From assembly GCF_009914755.1 (NCBI RefSeq), contig NC_060930.1: a DNA stretch of 64,000 nucleotides; one strand, given 5' to 3'. Below are positions 1 to 12,096 of this stretch, piece after piece. The notes under the pieces were generated by a model. It was not told the origin of the DNA and searched no databases. It saw only the letters and a list, made by a program, of their open reading frames with translations. Source of the stretch: the human T2T-CHM13v2.0 reference genome, Homo sapiens. How positions within the stretch are numbered: position 1 is the stretch's first letter; each line of letters opens with the position of its first letter. Position numbers and translations under genes: made by a program.

Positions 1-636
1 CATGTACCTGGAAACTAGACCATAAAATGAATTCTCAAAGTAACATGAGAACACACGCATAAACTATTAAATCCATTTGAGCACATCTAAAATTCACTAA
101 ACATACTCTATAGCACAGTTATTAGGGCTACTCTAAAGATCAAATGAACCAATATACATAAAGTACTTAGCTCAAGAAATAACTCAGGTAAAACATGGTT
201 GTGGCAGGAACAGTAGAAATTATTCTAACGAGGCCCCAAACTTTGAACTGTCACTGTCTCTTGTAAACCTGGGCCACATGCTAGCGCTCATCTCACATAC
301 CATCTTTTCTGCAGCTACTAAATTTTACAATCTTATGAATCTGAACAGGATAACTCATTTTCAAAAGGACCCCACCTTCTCCGTAAGTTGCTAAATGAGA
401 AAATAAACATTGAGAACTAGATATCAAGTTAAAAACAGAAATGTCCATTGTGCTTTCTGCTTAGTATTTGACAAAAGCAGTATGTGAATTTGGCACCTAG
501 TATTTCATGTAAACTCTTGTTGAGCAAATGTTTTGCATGGTGCATACAACTATCAATCTTAATACACAAAATCCACAAAGACCTGACTTAACCCTCATTT
601 GTGTTTCAGAAGAATCTAGCATTGGGCCAAACTCAC

Positions 637-694
637 CATATGTCCCCCCAAAGTGTAGCCAGAGTTCATCACAGTGTTTTGTGCTGATGTCCAT
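637..694 (-). CDS. NHSL1: Candidate alternative first coding exon, MDISTKHCDELWLHFGGTY + G (phase 1)
   Basis: taaATGG, 58 nt open, donor ATG|GTGAGT; unique sequence. Confidence 0.38.
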
Positions 695-1638
695 TTATTT
701 TAAAGACTGAGTTACCATACTTCAGAGTTAGAAACTATTGAAAATGGAAACTTTTCCTATTCGACAATTTCAAATCAAATCCAAGTAATGGCATTCGTGT
801 CTGCACCATCAATCGCACCATCGGCCCCACTGCACAGCTACCAACTGGCTCCTATGAAAAAGTCTCTTCCCCTCGTGTTCCTCACTCTTGCCAGGGCCAC
901 TTTTAATCTGTTCATCCAAAGGCAGCCTTTAGCAAGGAGCTGCAGAAAATCAGCCCACCGTGCTGCTCTTTGTAGCTTTCTCCAAAGCTCCTCTTACCAA
1001 TGCCCCTACCCATGTTCATTTATCCAGTATAAGTCACTGGTCCAAACACTAAACTAAACTAAAATAAAATAAACCACCGACTATGTAAAAACAAAGCCAA
1101 GTAGTTATAAAAATTATTATTTTCAAGAGAATGAAGAAGCACCTACATTAAAGAAATGTAAGTCAATGGTAAGTACACAATAAAGCCACATCACAAAAGT
1201 TCTGTACCTTACAACAATCACTGATCAGTCTAGACAGTTTGTGCTCGAGCTCTTAAATACACAACAAAGAGTGCCAGGGAGTTTCAGGGGATTATCTCCA
1301 CCAGAAATATGTGATACATTACACAGAGGCTCCCTTACCTCAGCTGCATATTTATCCAAAGAATCAAAAAATCATACACTTGATATCAAGGGAAACATAA
1401 ATTAAGTACAAGAATTTCCCCCCTCTTCAAAGGACTTCTTTTGAAAAGCACAGAAGAAGTGAATTCACTTAAAACCCCAATCATAAATAAATAAGACATG
1501 CTAAGATCACATAATACTGTCCTAGAGTTACAAAAGTCTGAGGTATTTAAACAATCTGGTATAGAGTAGAGTTTAACTCATGCCTATTACGCTGTTTCAC
1601 ACTCTAATTTCTTCACACAAAAGAACGAAGGACCTAAA

Positions 1639-1650
1639 ACACACACATGG

Positions 1651-1682
<32 letters not shown>

Positions 1683-1686
1683 ACAG
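1639..1686 (+). repeat. (CA)n microsatellite, interrupted
   Basis: Direct reading. Confidence 0.95.
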
Positions 1687-1750
1687 GGACATATACACAT
1701 ATGGAAACATATGCACACAATAGGTAGTAGAGAGAAAAGGAACTACTTAC

Positions 1751-1808
1751 TTTTCTTCTTAAAAAGTTTAATTAAAGACTTAATCTTTGCATTAATGAAG
1801 ACCACCAT
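1751..1808 (-). CDS. NHSL1: Coding part of alternative first exon, MVVFINAKIKSLIKLFKKK + 1 nt (phase 1)
   Basis: gaaATGG strong Kozak; 58 nt open; donor AAA|GTAAGT with GT at 1750-1749; peptide recognised as NHSL1 N-terminus (…KKKTVSNLDEE). Confidence 0.92.
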
Positions 1809-2110
1809 TTCCAGGGCACCTACATAGAGCTTAGAAATGTAAATCACATTAAAAGCTCAGCCCAGTAGGCAGGTGGCAAGCTTCGTCCTTCTGCTACAGA
1901 TTCTAACTTTTTCTTCCCCCGGTCTCATATCCTTAGACATCTGCCCAGGCTGATGTAACTGAGGTTGAGTTTATTGTCAGGCAGTTACAAACCATTAACA
2001 GTCCTTGAACCTGAAAAACTCCTACTGAAACCTAATCTTTAAGGCTGAGAGCAGCCAGTGACATCGTGCGCTGAAAGAAAGAGAAAGCCAATCACGGTTC
2101 TTATAAGCAT
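1809..2110 (-). promoter_or_regulatory. 5'UTR/proximal promoter of the MVVF exon
   Basis: NF-Y-type AGCCAATCA (CCAAT 2088-2092), CTTATAAG 2100-2107, retained CpGs; TSS not determinable from sequence. Confidence 0.55.
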
Positions 2111-3183
2111 GACAGCCACATCAGGCTTTCTGCCTCAGTGCCCATTCATTCAGTTTTCTCTCCAACAGATCAGAAGTTCCTCCTCTCTGAGCCCACAAAA
2201 ATAGTGCAGACTTTCCTCTACGGAAGTCAAGATGAAACAAATGTGTTCCCCATTTCATTAGGCCCCTATGAACACCCAGATCTTTTACAGGAGCTGCCAA
2301 GTCTGACAGCAATTCCAGTTAATTCAGGGTATATGGGATTTGAACTGATTTAGGGGGGAAAAAAACCAAACTATTGTTTCCCAACCACGCCCCAGGCTCT
2401 GCCTCCGATACCAAAGGAACTTGTACAAGCAGTAAAACTTTAGAATAGAATCTCCAAGGAGCTGCAAATGATGACTTGGTTGCATTTTTGTGCAAATTAG
2501 GATGCTCTGTCTTCTCACCCTTCTTTGCCAGTGATTGAGAATCAGCATTGTGTGTTCCAAAGCATGATCTTATTTGCATCTAGCTGCCACAACAATCAAG
2601 AAAAAAAAAAATCCACCAAAAAAAATACAACTTCCCCACTCCAAATGATAAATTAGATAAAGTACCCTAATCATTTTAATCTTTATTTTATATGTAATTG
2701 TCACTTAGGCTCCTGGTTTTCAGAATTCCATAATCGCCCTTCCCTCAATGTTGTCTCAAACAAACATTATCTGAGTTACTCTTTAACTTGAATCTACCAT
2801 CCAGAGTGCTGGTTCTTTTGCCCATTGGCAATTAACCACAGAGAACTAGGGAAGCACAAGTAGAGACAGAGAAATCAGAAACAGAGTATAAGAAGGCACT
2901 GAAAAAACATATTCCAGGGGTAAAGGGATAGGAAAAAAGAGGAGAATATAGATCCGGAAATACTATGACAACGGAAAAAGGAAAAGAATCTTCCTCACAT
3001 CTCAGCCCAGTTCCACTTCATGGCCAAACACTTTTGAAACAATTTAGACAACCTCTTATTTCATAGCTTTGGGCCAGACTTATAACTCGATGGAAAAATG
3101 TAATAATCCACTAATTCAAAACATTTAGTTTATAACAAAGGCTCTTAGTCAAAGAATAAAATTTATATAAGGGGCTCTGTCTA

Positions 3184-3347
3184 GGGAAAGCTTTGAAATG
3201 ATTCCTTCTCAGGTCTTTTTATGCCCTTTATTTTTTCAACAACAACAAAACAAAAGAACACATAGGGGAAAGCTTTGAAATGATTCCTTCTCAGGTCTTT
3301 TTATGCCCTTTATTTTTTCAACAACAACAAAACAAAAGAACACATAG
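3184..3347. repeat. Perfect 82-bp tandem duplication
   Basis: 3184-3265 identical to 3266-3347. Confidence 0.97.
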
Positions 3348-4243
3348 AAACGTTACCATCTTATCATACATATTATCACAGATTTCCAATTTGTGTTATT
3401 TCATTTTATATATAGCTTTATTTTAAAGTAATTAAATTGCCAGATGGCAAATGAGAAACGACTGAGCCTGTAAGTCAGATTATGTGGCTGCCTTAAATTA
3501 GCGGGCAAAGTTCCCCTTTGGAAAACAAATTTATCTGCAAGAGTGACCTCGCTCTGCTCATTGCATTAGACACAAGGAGAGTTGTGGGCAAAAACACTCA
3601 TATGCACAATCCACAAGTGTTTGAGGTTAAGTGTCACCATGCAAATGTCCAGTGAAAACAGAAATTGTTCTTTCAAGAAACTCTGATTATGCTCAACCCT
3701 CCATAGCATGTAGCTTTCCATGTGCTCAACAATGGCATCTGAATATAGATTCGTTCATCAGAAAGATAAATACCAGGCACCGATGCTAACTGCTACTCTT
3801 TCATTTCATTGGGATACATCATTGGACAAAATAGGTGAGATCCCTGCCCTCATGGAGCTTAAATTATTTGACACTGAACTACAATTTTGTGGTATATTAG
3901 AAGGAGTTGAGTGCAACAGACAAAATAAAAAAGTTAAGCAACATAAAAGGGGGTTTGAGGGTGGCCAGGCTGCAGCATCGTAGGAGTCAGGGTGGTCCTC
4001 GTGAAAAGTCGAGATTTGAGCAAAACCTTGAAGGAGGCAATGGCAAGAAAACAAAACTGTGTAATGAATCTCACTGGCTCTCATTTTAAAGAGAGAGAGA
4101 GAGATTCCTCAGGCTGTGAGACACATTTCCATCCCCCAGGACTAGAGAAGTGCTCTTTCCTCTCAGAAAATGAACTGTAGGAAGAATCTTGCATGGGGTA
4201 ATTTCCTTTCTCACTCAATATTAAGTGTGATATAAAGTGGCCG

Positions 4244-4563
4244 CAGTTGTTCCTCTGTATCCATTCCAGGATGCCCCTTGGATACAAAAATCCTTGGATG
4301 CTCCAGTCCCTGATATAAAATACTGTAGTATTTGCATGCAACCTATGCACATCTTCCCATATACTTTAAATCATCTCTACATTACTTATAGTACCTAATA
4401 CAATGTAAATGCTACGTAAGTAGTTGTTATACTGTATTGGTTTAAAAATATGTATTTTTTTTATTGCTGCATTACTTTTATTGTGGTTTTTTCCCCAAAT
4501 ATTTTTGTTCCATGGTTGCTTGAATCCACGGAAGTGGAACCTGTGGATATGGAGAGCCAACTG
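4244..4563 (+). mobile_element. MER2 (Tigger-family MITE)
   Basis: CAGTTG…CAACTG termini, 3' TA, characteristic MER2 internal sequence. Confidence 0.85.
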
Positions 4564-5010
4564 TACTTGGTTACACACGAGTAAGTGGTAAACCTGGGGG
4601 AGAATGCAGGCTTCCATCCCGGCATCCTAGGATGTCTCATCCTCTGTGCATTATTCCACACTGCCACATAACACCATAAAATCCAGATCTCCAGGAAATA
4701 AACCAAATAAACTATCACATTTCTTGCGTTCTATATTAAGTTGTATTTTGAAAGCACTTATTAATTAGAAAGTTTACCCAATCAATTGCCAGCTCTTACT
4801 TTACATCCTTGATATGAGCATGAGCACAGGGAAATGTTTTCATCATATAATCTGCATGCCTCAATGCTGTGGTTGATGGAAGAGCCGTATTCTTCTGGAA
4901 CTGTATTTTTTAATTGTTCAATTTATACATGCAACAGAAAAGATATAAATCCATGGTACTTCTGATGCCTACTTCAGCCATATATGACAGTGGCGGAAAA
5001 AAAAAAAAGT

Positions 5011-5128
5011 TTTTATAAAGATAGGGTACTATGTTGCCCGGCTGTTCTCAAACTCCTGGCCTCCAGCAATCCTCCCACCTCAGCTTCCCAAAGTGTTTGG
5101 ATTACAAGCAAGGCCCATTGCACAGGGC
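5011..5128 (-). mobile_element. FLAM/Alu monomer
   Basis: Antisense Alu left-arm motifs. Confidence 0.8.
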
Positions 5129-5249
5129 AAAAAAAGAAAAAGAAATGTTCTAATGAACTAGACATGAAAAACTTGACACTAATGCATAATAGCGAAAAGC
5201 AGTCCCCCTCTGGAACCATCCTACCCAGGTTACCAGCCACTGACCAGAG

Positions 5250-5395
5250 GAGTGACCCCTCCATGCCTTGGTTTGCTCATCTGTAAAACGGGATAACAAC
5301 AGTGTTTATATCACCAGGTCATGATGAAAACTAAGAGTTATTATTGATAAACTCCTTAGAACAGTACCTGATATGTAAACATACGTAAGTGTATG
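5250..5395 (+). mobile_element. MIR
   Basis: Core gtttgctcatctgtaaaacgggataac. Confidence 0.75.
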
Positions 5396-5901
5396 TTAAA
5401 TCAATGAATAAAATCTCAAGAGATAGCTTAGCAGCCTTCTGCTTAATAAAGGGCCATGCTTTCATGCAAGGGAATCAGTGTAGCAGACCCCATGGCTGTC
5501 TTCCTACTTGTCTCTGACTTAAACTGCCAACACCTCGAGTAATTGCTCTATACCCCCTGCTTCCAATTTATATCCACATACTATCTTTTCTATTGTCTAA
5601 GATTTTATTTCAATTTTTAAAAAATTCTCAGTGGTCATCGGTGAATTTCTGACTCCTACTAATGGTGTTTTTCTTTCTCCTCACCTTCCTAATGATCTTC
5701 TTAATCATATACTTCCAACCACCCAGCTCTTGATCCTCTTCATTGACACTGCAACACACTAGTTCCTCTCCTGCATATGATGGCTCCTTCTCCGAATTCC
5801 AACAAAGTCTAACCAAGCTTCAAAGATCTAGTCCTTAAGCCTTTGTCCTATGCTATTTACTTATTTCCCCTTGAAACTTGAATGGTTTTGTTAGTATAGA
5901 G

Positions 5902-6205
5902 CAGAAGTCAGCAAATTATGACCCTCTGGCCAAATCCGGCCATTAAATGATTTTTTTTAAAGTAAAAGAAAAAGACTATTTCATAACGTGAAAAGTACAT
6001 GAAATTCAAATGTCAATGTCCAATAATAAAGTTGTAATGGAACACCACCACACCCATTTGTTCAAATATTAGTTGAAATATTGTCTAAGGCTGCTCTTGG
6101 GTTGTAACAGCAGGGTTGAGCGGCTACGACTAAGACTGTATGGTCCTCAAAACTGAAAATATTTACTACCTGGACCTTTAAGAGAAAAAGACGGCTGGCT
6201 CATGG
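5902..6205 (+). mobile_element. MER58-family (hAT-Charlie)
   Basis: ggccaaatccggcc, aaaatatttactacctggaccttta motifs. Confidence 0.8.
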
Positions 6206-6465
6206 CTTAAGCTACTGCCTTTAAACATCCTGCTCAACCTTCATTTCTATTATCTTCCATTTGTCTGCCCTCAGTTCCATTTGCTAACCTCTACTCAGAT
6301 TTCACATTATCTCAAGTTCAACATATCTAATTTGAGACAATCTGCTTTGCCCCCCAAACTGTTTCTCAGGAACTATTTTTACATCTATTAGGACTATCAT
6401 CTTTTTTTTTTCCTCCATGAACCAGACAGGTAAATTTAATCCCCAGTTAAAAAAGTAAAAACTGA

Positions 6466-6786
<321 letters not shown>

Positions 6787-6794
6787 CGTATTCG

Positions 6795-7320
6795 CTGCCT
6801 TGTGTTAGGTGTCCAGGTTAAAAATTAATCAAACATGATCATTGACCTTTGGAAGTTCACAGTCTAGTGGAAAAGACACACCCACACAGATAAAAATGAT
6901 GATATAAAGATTAAGTCTAGCGAGAGAGAGATGATGGTGAAGTTCCTAGGTAAAATGATAACACACATCCACCTCATTTAAAGGACCACCTGCTATTAGA
7001 GTACAGAGAAGAGACTCTTGGGTAAAGCCCAGACCTGGGATGTGGGGAGATATGCTGAAACTTCGGTGAAAGCTCATGGGACAGCCCTGTGGGGAAAGGT
7101 GGTGGGGAAGATGGAGAGAGGCAGGGCAGGCCCGCAGGGTCTTGCTTGCCACCGTGGGTGAGTGGTAGGTGGTGGCAAGGGGGTCCCTGATGGAGGATCA
7201 GAGGGGAACCTGTAGGGCCAGTGCTGCATTTTAACTAGAACTCTGGTGTCAAATGACAAGTAGGTTTGAATAGGATTGACCAGAGGCGGGGAGAGAAAAT
7301 GGTGCCACAATCCACACAAA
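6795..7320 (-). mobile_element. L2 fragment
   Basis: ggaagttcacagtctagtgg and related L2 3' motifs. Confidence 0.6.
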
Positions 7321-7890
7321 ATGTGAAGAGGTCAGAATTCATTCTCAGCTCAGAATAACTTTCTTTCTCTAGAACAACTTGGTTTTATCAGCCTATGTTT
7401 CACCACCTGTAAAATGTTTCAGGAACCAAATAAACCTAAAGTATAAAGTTCAAAAAATTAAACCTTGGCCACTTAAATAAATGACTCTGTTACGACCCAT
7501 GCTTTTATCTTTAGTACGATCTTAAAGTACACCCTCATTATTTTTATGAAGGCCAAAGATTATATGTCTAAACCTAAAAGCTTCTTAAGAGCAGAGCTGT
7601 CTACAGCTTCTAGAACTCATAGACATAGCCTTGCCCATCCCCGCCCCCATCCCTATTTACACAAACCCACAGGCCCTCCTCAGTGTATCAAATGCAGTTA
7701 AGGTACTGAAAGTCTTTATTTGGAATCCAAAAACTTTTTCACAAATACTGTTAAACAATATTGACTAAAAAGGGTCATTTTCAAATATTGTACACAGGAG
7801 TTTATGCAGAAATGAGCCATGTTTATATCATATGTACGCATTTCGAATTAGATAAAATTTGAATCTTTGAGCAATTGAAAATGAAACAGG

Positions 7891-8189
<299 letters not shown>

Positions 8190-8981
8190 GAATATGAAAT
8201 ATACAATCAATGAAGATCATTATTTTCTTCCAACCTGAAGAGGAGAAAGGGGAAATAAAAGTCAGACATAATAGAGTTCTGCTCAGGGCTGTGTATTAAA
8301 TGACCGTTTGAAATGCTTCTCAAAGGAATTTAGCTCTTCAAATAGAAAATTTTTCAGGGCAACCTTATCTATAAATGGTGCTTTTACTGATTGTTAATTC
8401 ATTTTAGGGTGTTTTTAAAAATCAAGTTTAACATCTAGCATAGAAGACTGTATATGACTAAGGTAATTTAGATGTCATCTTTATGCATGGTTAAAATACT
8501 TCAAATACGATTTTTAAATCTATAGACACACCCATTCATTCTTATGCTTTTCAGACTCATTGAAACATTGGAAAACATCACAGCAGAAAGCACAACCCAT
8601 GCATTCTGGGCCAATAAAATAAAATGTACAGAGTAGTAAGGGATTTTAGACATTTCTAAAAATTTACATCATCTACTTAATAAACATTCATAATGTTTTA
8701 CCAATAGATAAAGATAATTTAGGCCTATCCTGTTTATTAAGGAACAAAATCTTCCTATGTTAACTCTTGAAGGTAAGAATTATGTTTCCTGTTTTTATTA
8801 ATAGTTTCACATTGAGAGCAATTATGTACAGTCTGTAATTCTTGTCTAGCAAAATAACAGTTTTGAATTATTATTCAAACAATTATTACTGAATTATTGA
8901 AGCTGCAAAGCAAACTAGTAACACAGGCAGGTAAATTAATACAGTCAATAAATGTGTAAATAAAATGGCAACTTTTAAAAA

Positions 8982-9167
8982 TAGGGCTGCCAGATAAAAC
9001 ATATGATGTCCAAATAAAGTTGAATTCCAGATAGATGAAAAATAATCTTTAAATATACTATGTCCCAAATATTGAATGGGATACACTTATGCTAAAATAT
9101 AATTCATTGTTTCTCTGACATTTAAATGTAAGTGGGCATCTTGTATTTGGTTAATCTGGAAATCTTA
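8982..9167. mobile_element. MER53 palindromic MITE
   Basis: TAGGGCTGCCAGATAAAA start, centre gtcccaaatattgaatgggatac, inverted symmetry. Confidence 0.8.
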
Positions 9168-9649
9168 AAGTACAATTTTAAAAAATTATCTAAGGTCATA
9201 GAATAGTAAGAGTTTGATAGGAGTAGCTGGAAGAAGAACCATTGGTTAGTAATAAAGATTTATTCTTCAACAGTTGACATTATTAAAGGAATTTTCAAAA
9301 ATCTACAGTAAAAGTTAATACAATTATAATTTATAATGTTAAAAATCACTTTATTTGATATGGCAGATTAAAAAAACTACTTAAGATTAATCAAGACAAA
9401 TTGAGTGGACTTATAAAGTTCCTGCTGCTGGGCATTTATTTTGACTAGAAACAACCCAAAAGATGAATTGGTCACTTGTGCCTTAAGAATCAATCTCTAA
9501 TTTTTTTGCATCTGGCATTTTTCTTACAGATTACTACTGTTCATTTCTTAGTAGTCTAAATCTTAGATATTTGAACCTTCTATCTTTCTTTGTCAGTTTT
9601 AACTCCCTACTGAAGAGCTGCCATGTAAGAGGAATATTAGAGCAGCCAC

Positions 9650-10056
9650 ACAGTGGAAGAACCGGCCAGGCATCTCCCTAATCCAGCAAACACTAATGGT
9701 GGGCAACTGATATGTTATGTCCACTGATGTGATGAAATACCAAGTACAAACATCACCTATGGTAAATCAAAGTTTTTTTTGACAGGTTAAATTATCCCAG
9801 GTTATAGGAAATAAAAGAGCTGGAAGAAAAAGCAAAAGCAATCAGTCTTAACTTAAAGTGGGACATTATGCTGATCTGGCCTCTCCAATAACTTATCAAA
9901 TAATTAACACTACTACTACTAATAATAATGGGAATGTGCCAGATTAGAAGAGATTTAAAGAACATCACAACATGATTCTGGATGGGATGCTAGTTTTGGA
10001 TAAACAAGCTATAAAGTCTTTTACAGATAAGTGGAAAAAATTGAATAGACACTGGG
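9650..10056 (+). mobile_element. Old L1 (L1ME-like) 3' fragment
   Basis: ccactgatgtgatg, agagatttaaagaacatcacaac motifs. Confidence 0.55.
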
Positions 10057-12077
10057 TGTGATCTTACACTTATGCTCTCAATTTTTACAGTTGCATAATG
10101 AGGTAAACAGAAACACATACACATTTAAAAGGTAATGCAGAGATACTGTCCACAGAATGAAAACAGGAATCTGATAACAGATACTCATGAAGAGTTATTT
10201 TAACTGTCCCACGAATGTTATTTCACAAAAGCATGTTAAAAATCACCAATATTCTAGAATCTCATGGGTACAATGACCTTTTCTTTCTTCTGTTTCTGAA
10301 TTAATCTTTAATGATGAAACATATGACATACTGAAAAAAAGACAAATGGAAATCTCTCTCTTCATCAATTATGGGGTTGGGGGAGTGGTTGGGGACAGAA
10401 AGGGGAACCTTAGGAGATGATAATGTATCAATTCTTTAGAAGAAACTTGATCTGGCATCCACTTTGCCAGTTAATTTTGATGCTAGGAAACACCCTTTAC
10501 TCTGCATGTGCTGAAGCTAAAGGCTTCTGCTGTAGATCCTAGTTAATAATTTAATCCAATATCATTGCTGCCATCGGCTTGGTCAATTTCTAAACATCTG
10601 CTATCACTGTGACTGGTTTAGCCAAGCCACAATATTCATGTGACAAATGTTGAACAAACGAAAGGCGAGGCAGACAGAAAACATGCTATGAAAAAAAGAA
10701 ACCCAAATCAAAAGTCCAAAACACAAAGGGAGCCCTGCTGACACAGCATTCAAAGTTCAACCACGCCTGCAGGAATGGAAGGCTGCAAAGTCGCTCTAGT
10801 GCATGGCTGGGATCATCCAGAGACTGTCCTGAGATGTTAGAAATGAGGTCGGGCTAACATGGTAGAGCTTTGTGAAAGGGATGGGTGCTGATGTTGGAAT
10901 TATTGGTGAGTATGGAAATAGCACAGGCAAATCAAAAAAGGGAGATTTCATAGGCCCCTAGAAAGTTAGAGCTGAAGAAAGTCATAAGGAACATTTAAGA
11001 CAATTTTACAAATAAGTGACCTGCAGTGATCACAGGGCCACCCAGCATCTGTACTGATACCCCATCTTGTGGTCCAGTTTTCAATTCCATGTGCTACTTG
11101 CTGCCTTCAGTAAGGGCCAGTGAGGTGAGGGATCCCACTGTCCACACTCTTTCCACCTCTATGCCTTTGCACATGCTATTAATCTGCCTCGGATGCTTGA
11201 TCCTCCGCTTACCCACTTGGCATACCTCTATTCATTTTTCAAGTTATAATTCAAATGTTAACCTTTCTTAAGAAGCATTCCTTGACAGACTGTCACTCTA
11301 TTTCAAAAATATGTCACTTTATTTCAAGGATAACTTCCCCCAAAGTGAGCTATGCCTTTCTTGCAGAAAAAAAATAATTTCATTAACTGTAACCTCTTAT
11401 ACTTGAACCAATTATTCTTTGTGACATGTTATACAGCCCTAATCCATCTACCCAAGTAATACAAATTCATCGAATTCATTCTCAAAGGCTATACTAGGTA
11501 TATAAAGGCTCATTTCAGGAGAGAAATAATGTATATAAGTAGAGCTACATATTGATGAACTCAACTGTAAAGTTAACTCACTTGGCCTTTCCCAATTCAG
11601 TCATTCAAAACACATTTTCTGAATGCCTATAAAGGATCTAGAACATCTTAGAGAATACTTTTCAATCACTTAGAAATTAAAATTTATTTCCTGTGCTATT
11701 TATACTTAACATAATCATACATTTACAATAACAATAATTCAAACAATGAATCGAAATTTTATAGAAAAAAATTGATGCAACCTTTCTTCTAAAATCTTCA
11801 GGGAAGAAAATCTCATTGTGGAATGAAAAGTCAAAGTATACTATGATGATCCTAGAGATCTAATTTAAAAGAATTGTGATTAGCTAAGTGCTTTATACTC
11901 TGAGCTCCCTCGTATTTTTAAAATTGGATAATATCAAGAACCTGCTTGATTGATGGTGTGGTAAAACCTACAAAGAATCTATACTCGAAAGGAATTTTTT
12001 AACGTAGAAAAAAATGAGAGCAAAGGAAGACTTCCTAATAAAGACTACCAGGAGAAACTGACAAAATAAAGTAGAAG

Positions 12078-12096
12078 GTCGCCACCTACAGGGGAC
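12078..12096 (-). promoter_or_regulatory. CTCF motif
   Basis: Minus strand CCCCTGTAGGTGGCG fits the CTCF core; CpG retained. Confidence 0.6.
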
